DNA of 64,000 nt from Octopus vulgaris. Its lineage: Eukaryota. The DNA lies in contig OX597825.1 in assembly GCA_951406725.2 (NCBI GenBank), positions 25,854,001 through 25,918,000 on the forward strand, in the 5' to 3' direction. The position numbers and the translations under genes were made by a program. The notes under the pieces are model-generated. The model searched no databases. It worked only from the letters and a program-made list of their open reading frames with translations, and was not told the DNA's origin. Below, in pieces: positions 27,949 through 40,644 of this stretch (position 1 is its first letter; each line of letters begins with the position of its first letter).

Positions 27949-28062
27949 CCTGCTTGCTTAGCCAGCGGGGTGGCGTTATTTGAAGACTAAAACAATGCGA
28001 AGCGCAGTGTGACCAGCGATGTGTGGCAACATCTGATAGCCTGGTCGGTCACGGTGATCACG

Positions 28063-28066
<4 letters not shown>
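27946..28066 (+). mobile_element. Isolated SINE tail type 2 within (TA)n
   Basis: ttggcctgcttgcttagccagcggggtggcg...ggtcggtcac matches 45293-45410. Confidence 0.8.
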
Positions 28067-28160
<94 letters not shown>

Positions 28161-28173
28161 AATGATATATATA

Positions 28174-28530
28174 GAGTCCACCATGTGGTCATCTAACGCA
28201 CCAGAATGAGGACATTTGAACGTAACTGCGAATATAATCGGCTGTACCGTTCGTCTTTGTTCGGCTTCGTGTGGATTTTGCAGTTCGGTTCAGCAAATTA
28301 TATTTCTGATACATTCTACTGACGATTCGAAAATACTTATGTAAGTAAAACTACATAATCTATTAACGATGAAACAATTGTATATAGTTAATCTATTTTT
28401 TCGTTATTTTTCATTTGTCCTGCTCGCTTACGTTCTTGGCGTGTTGAATTAATTCTTGAGAACAATTCTTTAGTGGCGGATTCCCTTTGCGGATCTATAT
28501 CTAGCGTTAGAGTGACCACATGGTGCACTC
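28174..28530. mobile_element. MITE-like element with TIRs of about 27 bp (GAG...CTC ends)
   Basis: gagtccaccatgtggtcatctaacgc pairs with gcgttagagtgaccacatggtgcactc. Confidence 0.8.
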
Positions 28531-28655
28531 TCTCTTATTATTTGTATTAATAATTTTTACTGTATCCCAGTCTTTTTATACCCTAGGCCACTTGGTGTTT
28601 TGAATTAATGTTATTAATTAATATTCAATTGTTTCACCCTTATTGTGATCTTAAT

Positions 28656-28822
<167 letters not shown>

Positions 28823-29026
28823 AAATGGATAAATGAATTATCTTGTTACGGATTATTCAAATTATAACCGATACCTGGGTAGCAAAAATCACAACAGAAA
28901 AATCACGGTTGAGGTTACGACCATGGGGTATCGCAACCGTGCCTTAGTGCGGATAATTGAAGTTTTATATATTTAGTGAGGGAAGAAATGGAGCTGAACG
29001 AAGATTTTACAAAATTCCTTTTTATT

Positions 29027-29112
29027 ATTTTCTACATATGTTTCAAAGGCTGTAAATTCCCTAATTCGGATTGAATAAGGAGACCATTTTGCAGCTTTCT
29101 CTTCAGGAAAAT
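29027..29112 (-). ncRNA. Type I hammerhead ribozyme motif with long stem II
   Basis: Reverse complement: attttc-CTGAAGA-gaaagctgcaaa..tttacagccttt-GAAA-catat-GTA-gaaaat; perfect 6-bp stem I; AATAAA immediately downstream. Confidence 0.75.
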
Positions 29113-29197
29113 GCAGGAACTTAAATCTCCAAACAAATGCGCAGCAAGCTTTTCGACAAACGCTCTCTAGGAGCCCATGGTATGAATATATATATAT

Positions 29198-29252
<55 letters not shown>

Positions 29253-29356
29253 CATATATATATATATACATACACACACACACACACATATATATATATA
29301 CATACACATATATATATATACATACATACACATATATACATACATACATACATACA

Positions 29357-29428
<72 letters not shown>

Positions 29429-29584
29429 TGTATATATTGTTTTCATCGCCAGGGTCGTCTTTGCCGTTTATCCTTACGAAGTCGATGAAATAAATATCAG
29501 TTCAGTACTGGAGTCGATGTAATCTACTTACAGCTACCCACGAAATTCAAAATTTAAAACCAATATTATCATTACTACTACTGC

Positions 29585-29811
<227 letters not shown>

Positions 29812-30950
29812 TGATTCTTTTGCTCTGACTGATGTTATATCGACACTACACTAAGAAAAGAGATCTATGTCAAATGGCCAAATATCTTTCGGGTGATTCC
29901 TCGCTTACAACTTTCCAACACCTTCCTTAGAATACTCGCTGTTCCTAAGAAGGCTGCTTTCTGCAACAGCTCTGTTCTGATGACAATTCCTAGATTCTCA
30001 TGTCACGCACCCAACCATTTATAATACCTACTGTTCCCAATCTACCAACCACAATAGTTAACGCTTTTGCGTACCTGCTTCTGCATAGTCTCCTGATTTC
30101 TCACTTCAGCTTCTGATATTTCTCCACGTTCTCACATTCCTTCTCATTCACCCAGTGGCGCTACGATGCAGCAATATCCACAATAATTGCTTTGTTCGTT
30201 TCTACTACAGCAGTGTCAAGTTATCTAGGCACAATGAAATGGTCACACTGGATGGTCATATCCCACAAAATGATATATTTTTCGTTTTCAGCAAACTTAT
30301 TTGTTGGTGCTCATATCATTTCTCAATACTCTGCTCATATCATACAGATGACAGAGCATCCAGTGAACCAATCTGGCAATGTTGTATTGCCTTCTTTTGT
30401 ACTCTTTTTGTGCGAGCATTTCACATTCACTAATAATATGGTTAATTGTTTCACCTTTTTCACCACACAACCTACAAAGTGGGTAAGTCACTGTCTTGTC
30501 AAGCTTAAAGTTAATATAGTTTATTCTCAGGCGTGGGAGTGGTTGTGTGGTAAGTGGCTTGCTTACCAACCGCATGGTTCTGGGTTCAGTCCCACTGCGT
30601 GGAACCTTGGACAAGTGTCTTCTGCTACAGCCTCGGGCCGACCAAGGCTTTATGACTGGATTTGGTAGACGGAAACTGAAAGAAGCCCGTCGTATGTATT
30701 TATATTTATATATATGTGTGTGTTTGTCTCCCCAGCATCGCTTGGCAACCGATGTTCGTCTATTTACGTCCCCGTAACTTAGCGAATCGGCAAAAGAGAC
30801 CGATAGAATAATTACTAGGCTTACAAAGAATAAGCCCTGAGGTCTATTTGCTCGACTAAAAGGCGGTGCTCAGCATGGCCACAGTCAAATGACTGAAATA
30901 AGCAAAAGGGTAAAAGAGTAAAATAGTGTCTCTTATTGAGCTGCAATTAT
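29812..30950 (-). pseudogene. 5'-truncated R4/Dong-type LINE (zinc knuckle and REL) split by a SINE, lying in (AAT)n
   Basis: CRLCGEKGETINHIISEC..YKRR..IARLVHW; IIAAQ remnant beyond the SINE; AAT repeats at both ends. Confidence 0.75.
30530..30923 (+). mobile_element. SINE family A, full length
   Basis: tRNA-like head, internal TA/TG tract, tail ..gactgaaataagcaaaagggtaaaagag. Confidence 0.88.
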
Positions 30951-32182
30951 TATTGTTATTCTTGTTATCGTCAGTATTGTTGTTCGGTGTATGTCGCCAT
31001 GTGACGTATTTGATCATAGATCGATATACAAATATCTGTATAGGCTTTTAGTTTCAGCGGGAGACGAGGAGATAGATCAAGTTGTAGCGTCACAGACGTA
31101 TCCAAATATTCTAGAAGCCAACGTTTTGTGATAAATTGCCCAATACTATATAAGTAGCTTTTTGAGAGGCATAGTTAATAATATTCGTCTCTGATTCATA
31201 GTCACATTCTAGTTGAATATGAGTGGGTGACGAGAGTAGAGGTGATAAGCATTAATTCGAGAACACAGAAAAATTACTGCGAACACAGAATGTATAATGG
31301 TCCAAAAAGCCACCAGGCATTGTCGGTGAGAAGATGAAGTTAATACACAAGGTTTTTAACGGTAAAAAAATGAATTTGTTTAAATAGGGGCCGGCGTAAC
31401 AAGGAAGGGCAGAGACAGAGAGGGAGAAGAGGGAGAAGAAATACGATGTATTAGAGAGGGTGTGTATGTTTTGATAGTTTTAGAACCACTAACATGAATA
31501 ACGTCAACAACAACAGCGACAGTCAAAATAACTTCGGTTCGATTAGCATCGAAGAAACAACACCTTGTTTTTTTTCCTATCAGAAGCGATGCAAGACAGG
31601 AGAGGATTCTTGGTCCCTTTCTAATATACATTTACACGATGATTGTTGACTCTTTCTTCAGTTCAACTACTCTTTCAGACTGATATATCTTATGCAATGT
31701 CAGCGTGTTCAACGATTCTACACATACCAGAGTCAGACACGAGGCGGGTAGATAAACGGTTTGCAAGAGATGCCCATCAGTATTGTTTTTATATGATTAC
31801 AAGCGGCAGATAATTTTTGTTCTGAATTCACGTACACACACACAGAAGCGCGCACTCGCAGCTCATATTAGCAAGCACACACGCAAACACGAAAACTCAC
31901 ACATATTTGGAAAAATACAGAACAGCGGTTATCACCAAGAGAGAAAGACACTAGTTAAACCAGATTGAAGTATTTAAATGTATATACATACATGCATAAA
32001 TACACACACACAAAATATGCATATTGTTTAGAATGGGAATAAATTAACAGATATGATATATGGTGTATATTAAAACGCAAGCAAATTCCGAACTTTGCAT
32101 CTGCGAACAGTGTCTGCAGTATATTATATCTTTCGCTTAAGTCATGTGAAAGCATTAAGAAATTTGTTTCAAAATCGATCAG

Positions 32183-32247
<65 letters not shown>

Positions 32248-32485
32248 TGCACATACATTAAAAGTAATCTTTCACTTTTGAGTTCACTTCAATGAAAGCT
32301 CAATGCACTAAAGCATCATTTATTATGACAGAAGATTCACCGTGAAGTATAAAATCTCTATAAATTCTGCTACAAGATATTGCAATGGCCAATTATATTT
32401 AAACTAGCAATACCAGCCGTTACTTCGCTCTTCGTAATTATGTTTGCCAGTCAGCAGTATATCATTAAATTGTGACCTGTTAATG

Positions 32486-32564
<79 letters not shown>

Positions 32565-32585
32565 CAACAACAACAAAAGTAATAA

Positions 32586-32797
32586 TTTCTACTATAGGCA
32601 CAAGGCCTGAACTTATTGGGGAAGGGAACTAGTCGATTACATCGACCTGTATTTCAACGGTATTTAATTTATCGACCCCGAAATGATGAAAGGCAAAGTC
32701 AACCTCGGCGAAATTTGAACTCAGAACGTAAAGACGGGCGAAATACAGCTGAGATATCTCGCCCAGCGTGCTATCGATTCTGCCAGATGACAGCCTT
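32586..32797 (-). mobile_element. SINE family C
   Basis: gaaaggcaaagtcaacctcggcgaaatttgaactcagaacgtaaagac. Confidence 0.85.
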
Positions 32798-32798
32798 G

Positions 32799-32914
<116 letters not shown>

Positions 32915-33045
32915 ATATTATTATCATTACTATTATTTACTATTATTATTATTATCATTGCCTTTGCACAGCTTCTAACGCAGGAGATGTACTACGGTGC
33001 CACCTGTTCACTATTTTTCGAGCACCATACATATGCTTGTATGCA

Positions 33046-33124
<79 letters not shown>

Positions 33125-33439
33125 ATATCTATCTATCTATCTATAAATATATATATATATACGTGTGTGTGTGTGTGTACAGATATATATACATACATAT
33201 ATATATATATATGCATATATATATATACATACATAATATATATACATATACATGTGTATGTGTGTGTATATATGTACATGTAAATAATATATATGTGTGT
33301 GAGTGGGTGTTTGTAAGCATTTATATATGTGAGATAATAGTGAAAGTATATAATGGTGAAAGCACTAACCTGAAGGTATCTCACATTACAATAGAGATGT
33401 TATTGTTTCATTTCTGACATGTTATACTTAAATAGTTTA

Positions 33440-33585
33440 AGAGATAAGAAATTACTCTGGTTTCGCATTTGGCACTGCATGGACCCTAACGAAGGCATGT
33501 GTAAAATTTCAACGAAATCGGTTGAGTAGTTTTAGTGGCACACACATACAGACAGGCAGACATATATCCTCAGTTTTAAATGTGT
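33440..33585 (-). mobile_element. Helitron-like 5' fragment
   Basis: Reverse complement has gtctgcctgtctgtatgtg..caaccgatttcgttgaaattt, similar to the start of the 40305 element. Confidence 0.4.
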
Positions 33586-34782
33586 ATTAATATTATCGTT
33601 ATTATTCTGGGTATTATTGTTAGTTGTATTATTGTTGTTGGGTTGGTGGTGATGGTGGTCGCATTGTTTATATGGCTGGCGAGATGTTAACTTCAGAACG
33701 TTTATCAGTCTGGGGTTTTTTTCGCAGATTTTATTTGAAATTGTTTGATTATTTGCTATCAAGTTATTTCTGTATAATAAGGAGGCTCTTATATTTTGAT
33801 CAAATTCTCAAATGCACTTCATGATTAATTTTGTTGTTGTTGTTGTTCTTTTTGTTTGTGTTTTGTAAACAAGTATCTCAACAAATGAGATGCCGGGATA
33901 CGTGTCACGTGAAAGTATGCGAAAAGACATCACTGTTCGCAAGTGGAAGGAACGAAAAAAGGATAATCACAGACTATTCAACCTTCCACAGAAGCCAACC
34001 GGATGAATGACTGTTCAACGGAAAATAATGCCATCATACGCTGAATTTTAAAAAAAGATAAAGCAAACAACAATATCCTTTAAATATTGAATCAAAAATA
34101 CTAAAAAAACCTTCATCTTTCTGATATCTTTACACTTCATCTTGTTTATTTTGATTATATTTTGGTATAATTTTTTTCAAAATTTTCCTTCTTTCTTGCA
34201 ATTATACTTTTTCACATCCTTGCCCGTGGCTTAGCATCTATTTCAAATACCCACTTATTCAAATCTCCAGTATCTCTTGACACAGCATTCATTTCAGCTT
34301 TGCTTTTAACGCAACGTTCTTCGTAAAATTATTTTCCTTTACTGATAACCTGTATATTGTGTTCACATAATTATTGTCACTTTACCATGATGTATGGTTT
34401 TTTTTAATGATTTAAAGAAGATATATCGTCGTAGGTAATCTTTCATTTGAGTACTTATCTTTTTATTAGTCTATTGCGTTTCTCTCATACTTGTCTGGTT
34501 ATCTTTTATTTATTTCTACTTGTCTGCTGTCGATCTCATTAAGGATTGAGAGTGTTTACCTTGTATTTCCATTGTCATTTGTTTCCTCTTTGTTCGCTTT
34601 CATAAATGATGCATTTTCAAGAATTCTATACATCACAATATGACTACTGAAGTTCTTGTAATCATATTATTGCTCGAATATGTTTTTGTGCGTCTGTTAT
34701 GTCCAACTTTTGGGATTATTATCATTATCATTCTTGTTCTTGTTCTTCTTCTTGTTCTTCTTCTTCTCGTTCGTGTTCTTTT

Positions 34783-34937
34783 CTTCTTCTTCTTCTTCTT
34801 CTTCTTCTTCTTCTTCTTCTTCTTTTTCTCGTTCGTGTTCTTGTCTTCTTCTTCTTCCTCTTTTTCTTCTTCTTCTTCTTCTTCTTCTTCTTCTTCTTCT
34901 TCTTCTTCTTCTTCTTCTTCTTCTTCTTCTTCTTCTT

Positions 34938-34968
<31 letters not shown>

Positions 34969-35003
34969 TTATTATTCTTATTATTATTATTATTATTATT
35001 ATT
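34783..35003. repeat. Compound (TTC)n/(TTA)n microsatellite
   Basis: Read directly from the sequence. Confidence 0.95.
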
Positions 35004-35934
35004 ATTGTTACATTTCTATTCTTAATTTGTTTCTTTTATTTCGAATGATCACTGAGGTCTTCTGTTTCTGTGATGCTATTTTCATATTCTAAATTTTCAT
35101 CACTCATACTTTAACAGTCGAATATTTCTGCTATTCACTTGTATTTAAATTGTTGCAGTTGTGATTCCGGTTACGTTGGTCAGGACTCGCTAAAAAAGAT
35201 GAGGTTTTATTTTATTTCTGCCGTTTTCTTTGCGCTTGTTTCAATTTCCGGATTTAAATCCCAAATGTTTTAACGTTATTGATTTGGTTGCTTATCTTTT
35301 TGGTCTAAGTTGCTGTTTATTATCTGTATTTTAATTATATATCCTTCTAAGTATTTTAAAATATGTGTGGCTGAAAATATATATTCTACTCTCCTAGACG
35401 CTAAATTCATTTCTGGAGGAATGTTATCGTTTTCCATATATTAAATATTCATATTGTTATAAACTTCGTTAGGTGGTAGAGTGTTACTCACAAATATGTA
35501 TGTAGTATGATAACATATTCCTTTCGCATTCGGTAATAATGTTATGTAAACACTCATGTGCTATCAGTAACCTGTATTTCTAACGATACTAGATGCTACA
35601 TTGGAAGTTTCCATACATATCATCTCACAAACTGGAATTGCTCGCTCTTTGAGTTATAAACAACGTTTTACTTTTGTTTAGTGTATTATACTATCGGATG
35701 AAAATCTTTGATGGTAATTTCACTTGCGGTTTATTTGCAATGCTAATACAGTATGTTCAACTTTTAGTGATTATTGAGAATGTTAGTAATATATATATAT
35801 ATATCGCATCTAAAGCAAAGATGAGGAATAATAGTACTATGATTTCACAGCTATTGTTCAGGATTAAGTGTGAAACTTATTTCCTACGTTATTTCATCGC
35901 TAGTAATGGATATATTTCGGAATGGAACAGTAAT

Positions 35935-36030
35935 GTGGGCAAGTGTCTTCTGCTATAGCCCCGGACCGACCAATGCCTTGTGAGTGGATTTGGTAGACGG
36001 AAATTGAAAGAAGCCTGTCGTATATATGTG

Positions 36031-36067
<37 letters not shown>

Positions 36068-36282
36068 TTGCGTGTCTGTGTTTGTCCCCCTAGCATTGCT
36101 TGACAACCGATGCTGGTGTGTTTACGTCCCCGTCACTTAGCGGTTCGGCAAAAAGAGACCGATAGAATAAGTACTGGGCTTACAAAGAATAAGTCCCGGG
36201 GTCGAGTTGCTCGATTAAAGGCGGTGCTCCAGCATAGCCGCAGTCATATGACTGAAACAAGTAAAAGAGTAAAAGAGTAAGA

Positions 36283-36283
<1 letters not shown>
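35935..36283 (+). mobile_element. SINE family A, 5'-truncated
   Basis: gggcaagtgtcttc...gactgaaacaagtaaaagag. Confidence 0.88.
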
Positions 36284-36332
<49 letters not shown>

Positions 36333-36432
36333 TGTTGTGTCTGGGGAGAGTCATTTTCTCTCCCCAGACACAACAGAATATGCTTTAGTACACGAAATCA
36401 CATAACGAGTCTTGCAAATCAATCCGAAAACG

Positions 36433-36477
<45 letters not shown>

Positions 36478-36673
36478 GGGACCCCTTCGGTCATTATTGA
36501 CCATGGGATTGCACCTAGAAAGTTACCTTCCCAGGCATAAGTCCAGGCAAGGTTGTTTATGAAAGACCAGCAGTCGCCCATGCATACAAGCTTCCCTCTC
36601 CACGCCACCAGTGTTATCCAAGAGAAAGGCAAAGCCGATACAGCTTGGCACCTGTGACACGTCGCAACACATT

Positions 36674-36752
<79 letters not shown>

Positions 36753-38087
36753 TCAGGACAGAACTTTTGCAGTTTCGAGGAAATGTGATATAGGAGGTTA
36801 TAGTTGTATGCATGATTCTTCGAGTGATGAAAAGCACATTTGAACGCAAAATTATCAGATATGTGCTACCTGTATATAAGAACATAGTCGATAACTGGAT
36901 ACGATGTCCTACTACGATATATCCCTACACAATTCTAATTGGTAACACTGTCATATTGCTGTATTTGTCTCGCTGGATATGCATATACCAACAGACTAAA
37001 TCATGTAAATATAGTCAAGGATGAATATTAGAAATTCTTTCTGTGCATCTTCAATTTTGCTGACATTCAGATGCAGTTTTACTTACGACTTGGTTAAAAG
37101 CACTTAACATAGAAACACAGACGCACGGAAACACATAAACACACACGCACCCACACATATACAAACACACACACATGTACAGAGAGGGAGAGACAGAGAC
37201 AGAAAAGAATGAAAGAAAAAAGAAACACAATCATGCAGTCACACATACACGTACACACGCAAACACGAAAACAAGTATTATATATTTCCCTCGTTGCTAA
37301 TTCCTGGTCGATCTTTGTAGACTTTTGGTATCCAATTTGTGTAAGAAGTAACTAGATTTCAGTTAAGCTGATATTGCACAAATAAGCCACTGCTTTATGC
37401 ATTCTATATCACTAGACACAGAAAAGCCACCTAGAAGCTGAACAGATCTTGACTAAAATGTTACAATCTGCTGCAACTAAAAACATTTCTGTGAACGTTA
37501 TGATCGGTTTTTGCATATTTTTGAGGAGACATGCAAAAGTGTCTTATATAGAGGAGAGAAAATCTCGAGTTTGTGTTATATATTAAATAAATTGTCCACT
37601 ATTTCAGAGATGAAGGACAAAATAGAATAACTAAGTTAGAGAGTTTTTAAAAGAAACTTATATAATCTTGTAAGACGAAAGTATACACGGAAGACAACCC
37701 ACATAGTAGCAGAAGCCAAAATATCAGAGTAATCTGGTTTATTTCAATGCATAACACTACTCTTGCAACGAATGTAAGTCAATAAGCATTTTGTATAAAT
37801 ACTATAGAAAACCTTGGGAAAAAAATGATTATTTACTGAAAAGTTTTGTTCAGGCAGCCGAAATATGCTGTAAGTTCATAAATATTGTTTCCTATTGTTT
37901 TCTTTCTACTATCGGTGATATAAGGCCTGAAATTTGGTGTAGAGGGCAAGTAAACCAAGAAAAGATGAAAAAGACAGTGAACCTCGGCGGAATTTGAAAA
38001 CAGAATTAAATCCAAAAGTACCGCCAAACTTTTTGCCCGGAGTACAGTCTGTTCAGCCAGCTTATCAGCCTATTGCTTTATAACTTC

Positions 38088-38320
38088 ATATGTCTTTATT
38101 GCCAACAAGCGGCTAAACATAGAGGGGACAAACAAGGACAGACAAACGGATTAAGTCGATTATATCGACCCCAATGCGTAACTAGTACTTATTTAATCGA
38201 CCCCGAAAGGATGAAAGGCAAAGTCGACCTCGGTGGAATTTGAACTCAGAACGTAGTGGCAGACGAAATACCACTAAGCATTTCTCCCGGCGTGCTAACG
38301 ATTCTGCCAGCTCGCCGCCT
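38088..38320 (-). mobile_element. SINE family C with 15-bp target-site duplication
   Basis: ttgctttataacttc at 38073-38087 and 38321-38335; an older family C copy lies next to it at about 37903-38070. Confidence 0.9.
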
Positions 38321-38944
38321 TTGCTTTATAACTTCTATTAGTATTTAACTAAGCTTTTGGCCGTTCCCTTCAACTTGGTTCAGTGAATATTACATCAGCT
38401 TTTTTTTTGTTTCAGATAATGGAGCAAAGGATAATAATATGTTTTAACGCATAATACTTTTCGAGAACGATTGACAAAGCTGCTGGGAAACTAATAAACA
38501 AAAATAAATGGAGAAAATGCGATTAAGCTGACGGTAGTTTAGCAGAACATTAACATACAGAATACATCGGAAATAATTAATGCTGTATAACGCAAAATAA
38601 CAATCAGTAAATTAAAATATTTCCAGGAAAATATAATTTATTGAGCAAGCAATTATGGTAGATTCATAGCTGAAGATGCAGAGGCCAAAGTGGAAATTAC
38701 TTAACCTACTTAGCACATAAAAATGAATTTGCATTTCTCGTCTTTTCACAGATACTATTTTACTGCTACAATATGCAAAGTGTTATTTCCTTTCTAAGGC
38801 AGAGGGTGTGATATGGGAGATGGGATACATCTATAGCGTGCCGGGAAAAACACCGAAATTCTTCCTTATTATTTAGCTGCTCTCAATTCTTCCTTGTAGT
38901 GCTGTGGTGTAGTTGGATCTACACCGCTCAACGATGTGGATTCA

Positions 38945-39433
38945 GGTTTTTAAGGGTAAATAAAAAGGCTTCAGCGCCTTATTTATTTAGAAACATTGAA
39001 TTTCTAAATGTCTCAAAGAGATATGAGCGGTGGCGGAGCGATAGAGTGGTTGTATAATGTCAACATAACGTGACAATCCCGTAAAGGGAATTACACCACC
39101 GTTATATAGCCCTAGGAAGCATCAACGTTTCCTGTCGGCTTTGACACATTTCCTGTGTCCTTATATTTGCAAAGAGGGATCAAGCACCCCAACCAGCTAG
39201 GACTAGCAATCCGAAGACATGCATGTTTCTGGGTCTTGCCCGTCATCAGTCCAGTGTATCGAGTCCCGTCCTAGCTGGTGGGGGTGCTTGCCTCCCCTTT
39301 GCAAATATAAGGACACAGGAAGTATGTCAAAGCCGACAGGAAGCATCGATGCTTCCGAGGGCTATATAGCGGTAGTGTAACTCCCTTTATGGGATTGTCA
39401 CGTTATGTTGACATTATACAACCACTCTATCGC
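38945..39433 (-). mobile_element. HHR-containing non-autonomous PLE/retrozyme-like element 1 with 166-bp inverted arm
   Basis: Inverted repeat 39038-39203 / 39268-39433 with the HHR in the spacer. Confidence 0.8.
39211..39254 (-). ncRNA. Type I hammerhead ribozyme
   Basis: Reverse complement: ctgga-CTGATGA-cggg caaga ccca-GAAA-catgcat-GTC-ttcgg; stem I extends through cgat/attg and ggact/agtcc. Confidence 0.82.
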
Positions 39434-39605
39434 CTTATTTATTGATATACAATAATCATTCTCCATATCGCGGTTCATCTATCACGCCCTCAATACTGCT
39501 GATATTTAGTACCAGGAAATATCGTTTCCAGCTGGCTATGTGACACAAGCGTACTGTGTCCTTAAGTTTTCAAATAGGGGAGATTAACACCTCAAAGCCA
39601 GCACT

Positions 39606-39644
39606 CAGAGACTAGTTTCAGAGTCATTGCACTTCATCAGCCTA
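39606..39644 (-). ncRNA. Minimal type I hammerhead (inverted copy)
   Basis: Reverse complement: tagg-CTGATGA-agtg caatga ctct-GAAA-cta-GTC-tctg. Confidence 0.7.
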
Positions 39645-39841
39645 GAATAGCAGTAGAATATTTCCCTTTCATGGGACTTCCACATTACGTTGACAGAAAA
39701 CCATCACTTTATCGTGCTGCTATTGTATAAGTCTTTCTGAGAGGTTTAGAAATGCAATATTTCTAATTTTGTAGATCAGTGAATATATTTCCCTTAAAAT
39801 TCTATAAGTTTTCAACGGCGAATAAGCATCGACATCTAGCA

Positions 39842-39908
39842 AGCAAAGCTAGTCCAGGCTGATGAAGCGCAATGATACTGAAACTAGTCTCTGGTTGCTG
39901 GCTTTGCT
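39842..39908 (+). ncRNA. Minimal type I hammerhead ribozyme with extended stem I
   Basis: ccagg-CTGATGA(39859-39865)-agcg caatga tact-GAAA-cta-GTC(39889)-tctgg; distal stem agcaaagctagt/gctggctttgct (12 bp including G-U pairs). Confidence 0.8.
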
Positions 39909-40304
39909 GGGTGGAGGTGCTTATCTCCCCTGTTTGAAAACTTAAGGACACAGAACGCTTGTGTCACATAACCAACTGGAAACGATATTTCCTGGTACTA
40001 AATATCAACAGTATTCTTCCCTTTCCGGGGACTGCCACATTAAGTTGGCAACAGACCATCAAATTACTACTTCTGTTTTATTTAATTTAATAATGACAAT
40101 ATATGCCACGTTGGGAAATTTAGCCTCTTTCATGGTTTAACGTATCTGCAATTAACCCCGCTTCTAATGTTTATATTAGTCCTTGCTTTGGTGCAAGGTG
40201 GTTACATAATACTGGGAGAAAAAGAACACCATTAGTTTCCATTTTATGGAATGGTGAAAAATGAAAGCGAAAGTAAACGCCAGCCTGAGACTAAGCTGTG
40301 ATTA

Positions 40305-40644
40305 TCTCTCTATATATAAACGGCAGTTTGTCTGTGCGTGTTTCTGTGTGTCTGTTTGCTTGTACCCTCACCCTGACCACAGCTTTCAACCGATTCTGAT
40401 GAAACTTGACACACACATAGCCCAATGTCATAATTCAAAACTAACGCAGCGAAAATTTTGAAAAGTTCCCCCAGTTCTGAAAAAAATCGATAAATTCGAC
40501 ATGGGGTCGAGAATCAGAAACACAAACCGGAAAATTTACCATCATTTTTTTCCATTTTTTTGCTATTTTTTGGCTATAACTCTCTAAAAATGCTTTATAG
40601 TTATTTCCCTTACAAACCTGAGCAACGCCGGGCGATACTGCTAG
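40305..40644 (+). mobile_element. Non-autonomous Helitron
   Basis: A|TC 5' end (tctctctatatataaa), subterminal hairpin cctgagcaacgccggg, CTAG|T 3' end, no TSD. Confidence 0.82.

Larger units (their letters stand above)
39492..40061 (+). mobile_element. HHR-containing retrozyme-like element 2: inverted arm, unit of about 360 nt, terminal direct repeat
   Basis: Inverted repeat 39492-39644 / 39855-40015; direct repeat of about 55 bp at 39651 and 40009. Confidence 0.8.

Noticed and set aside
40393-40406. ctgatgaaac hammerhead-like string
   Set aside because: No stem II between the core halves; it lies inside the Helitron.
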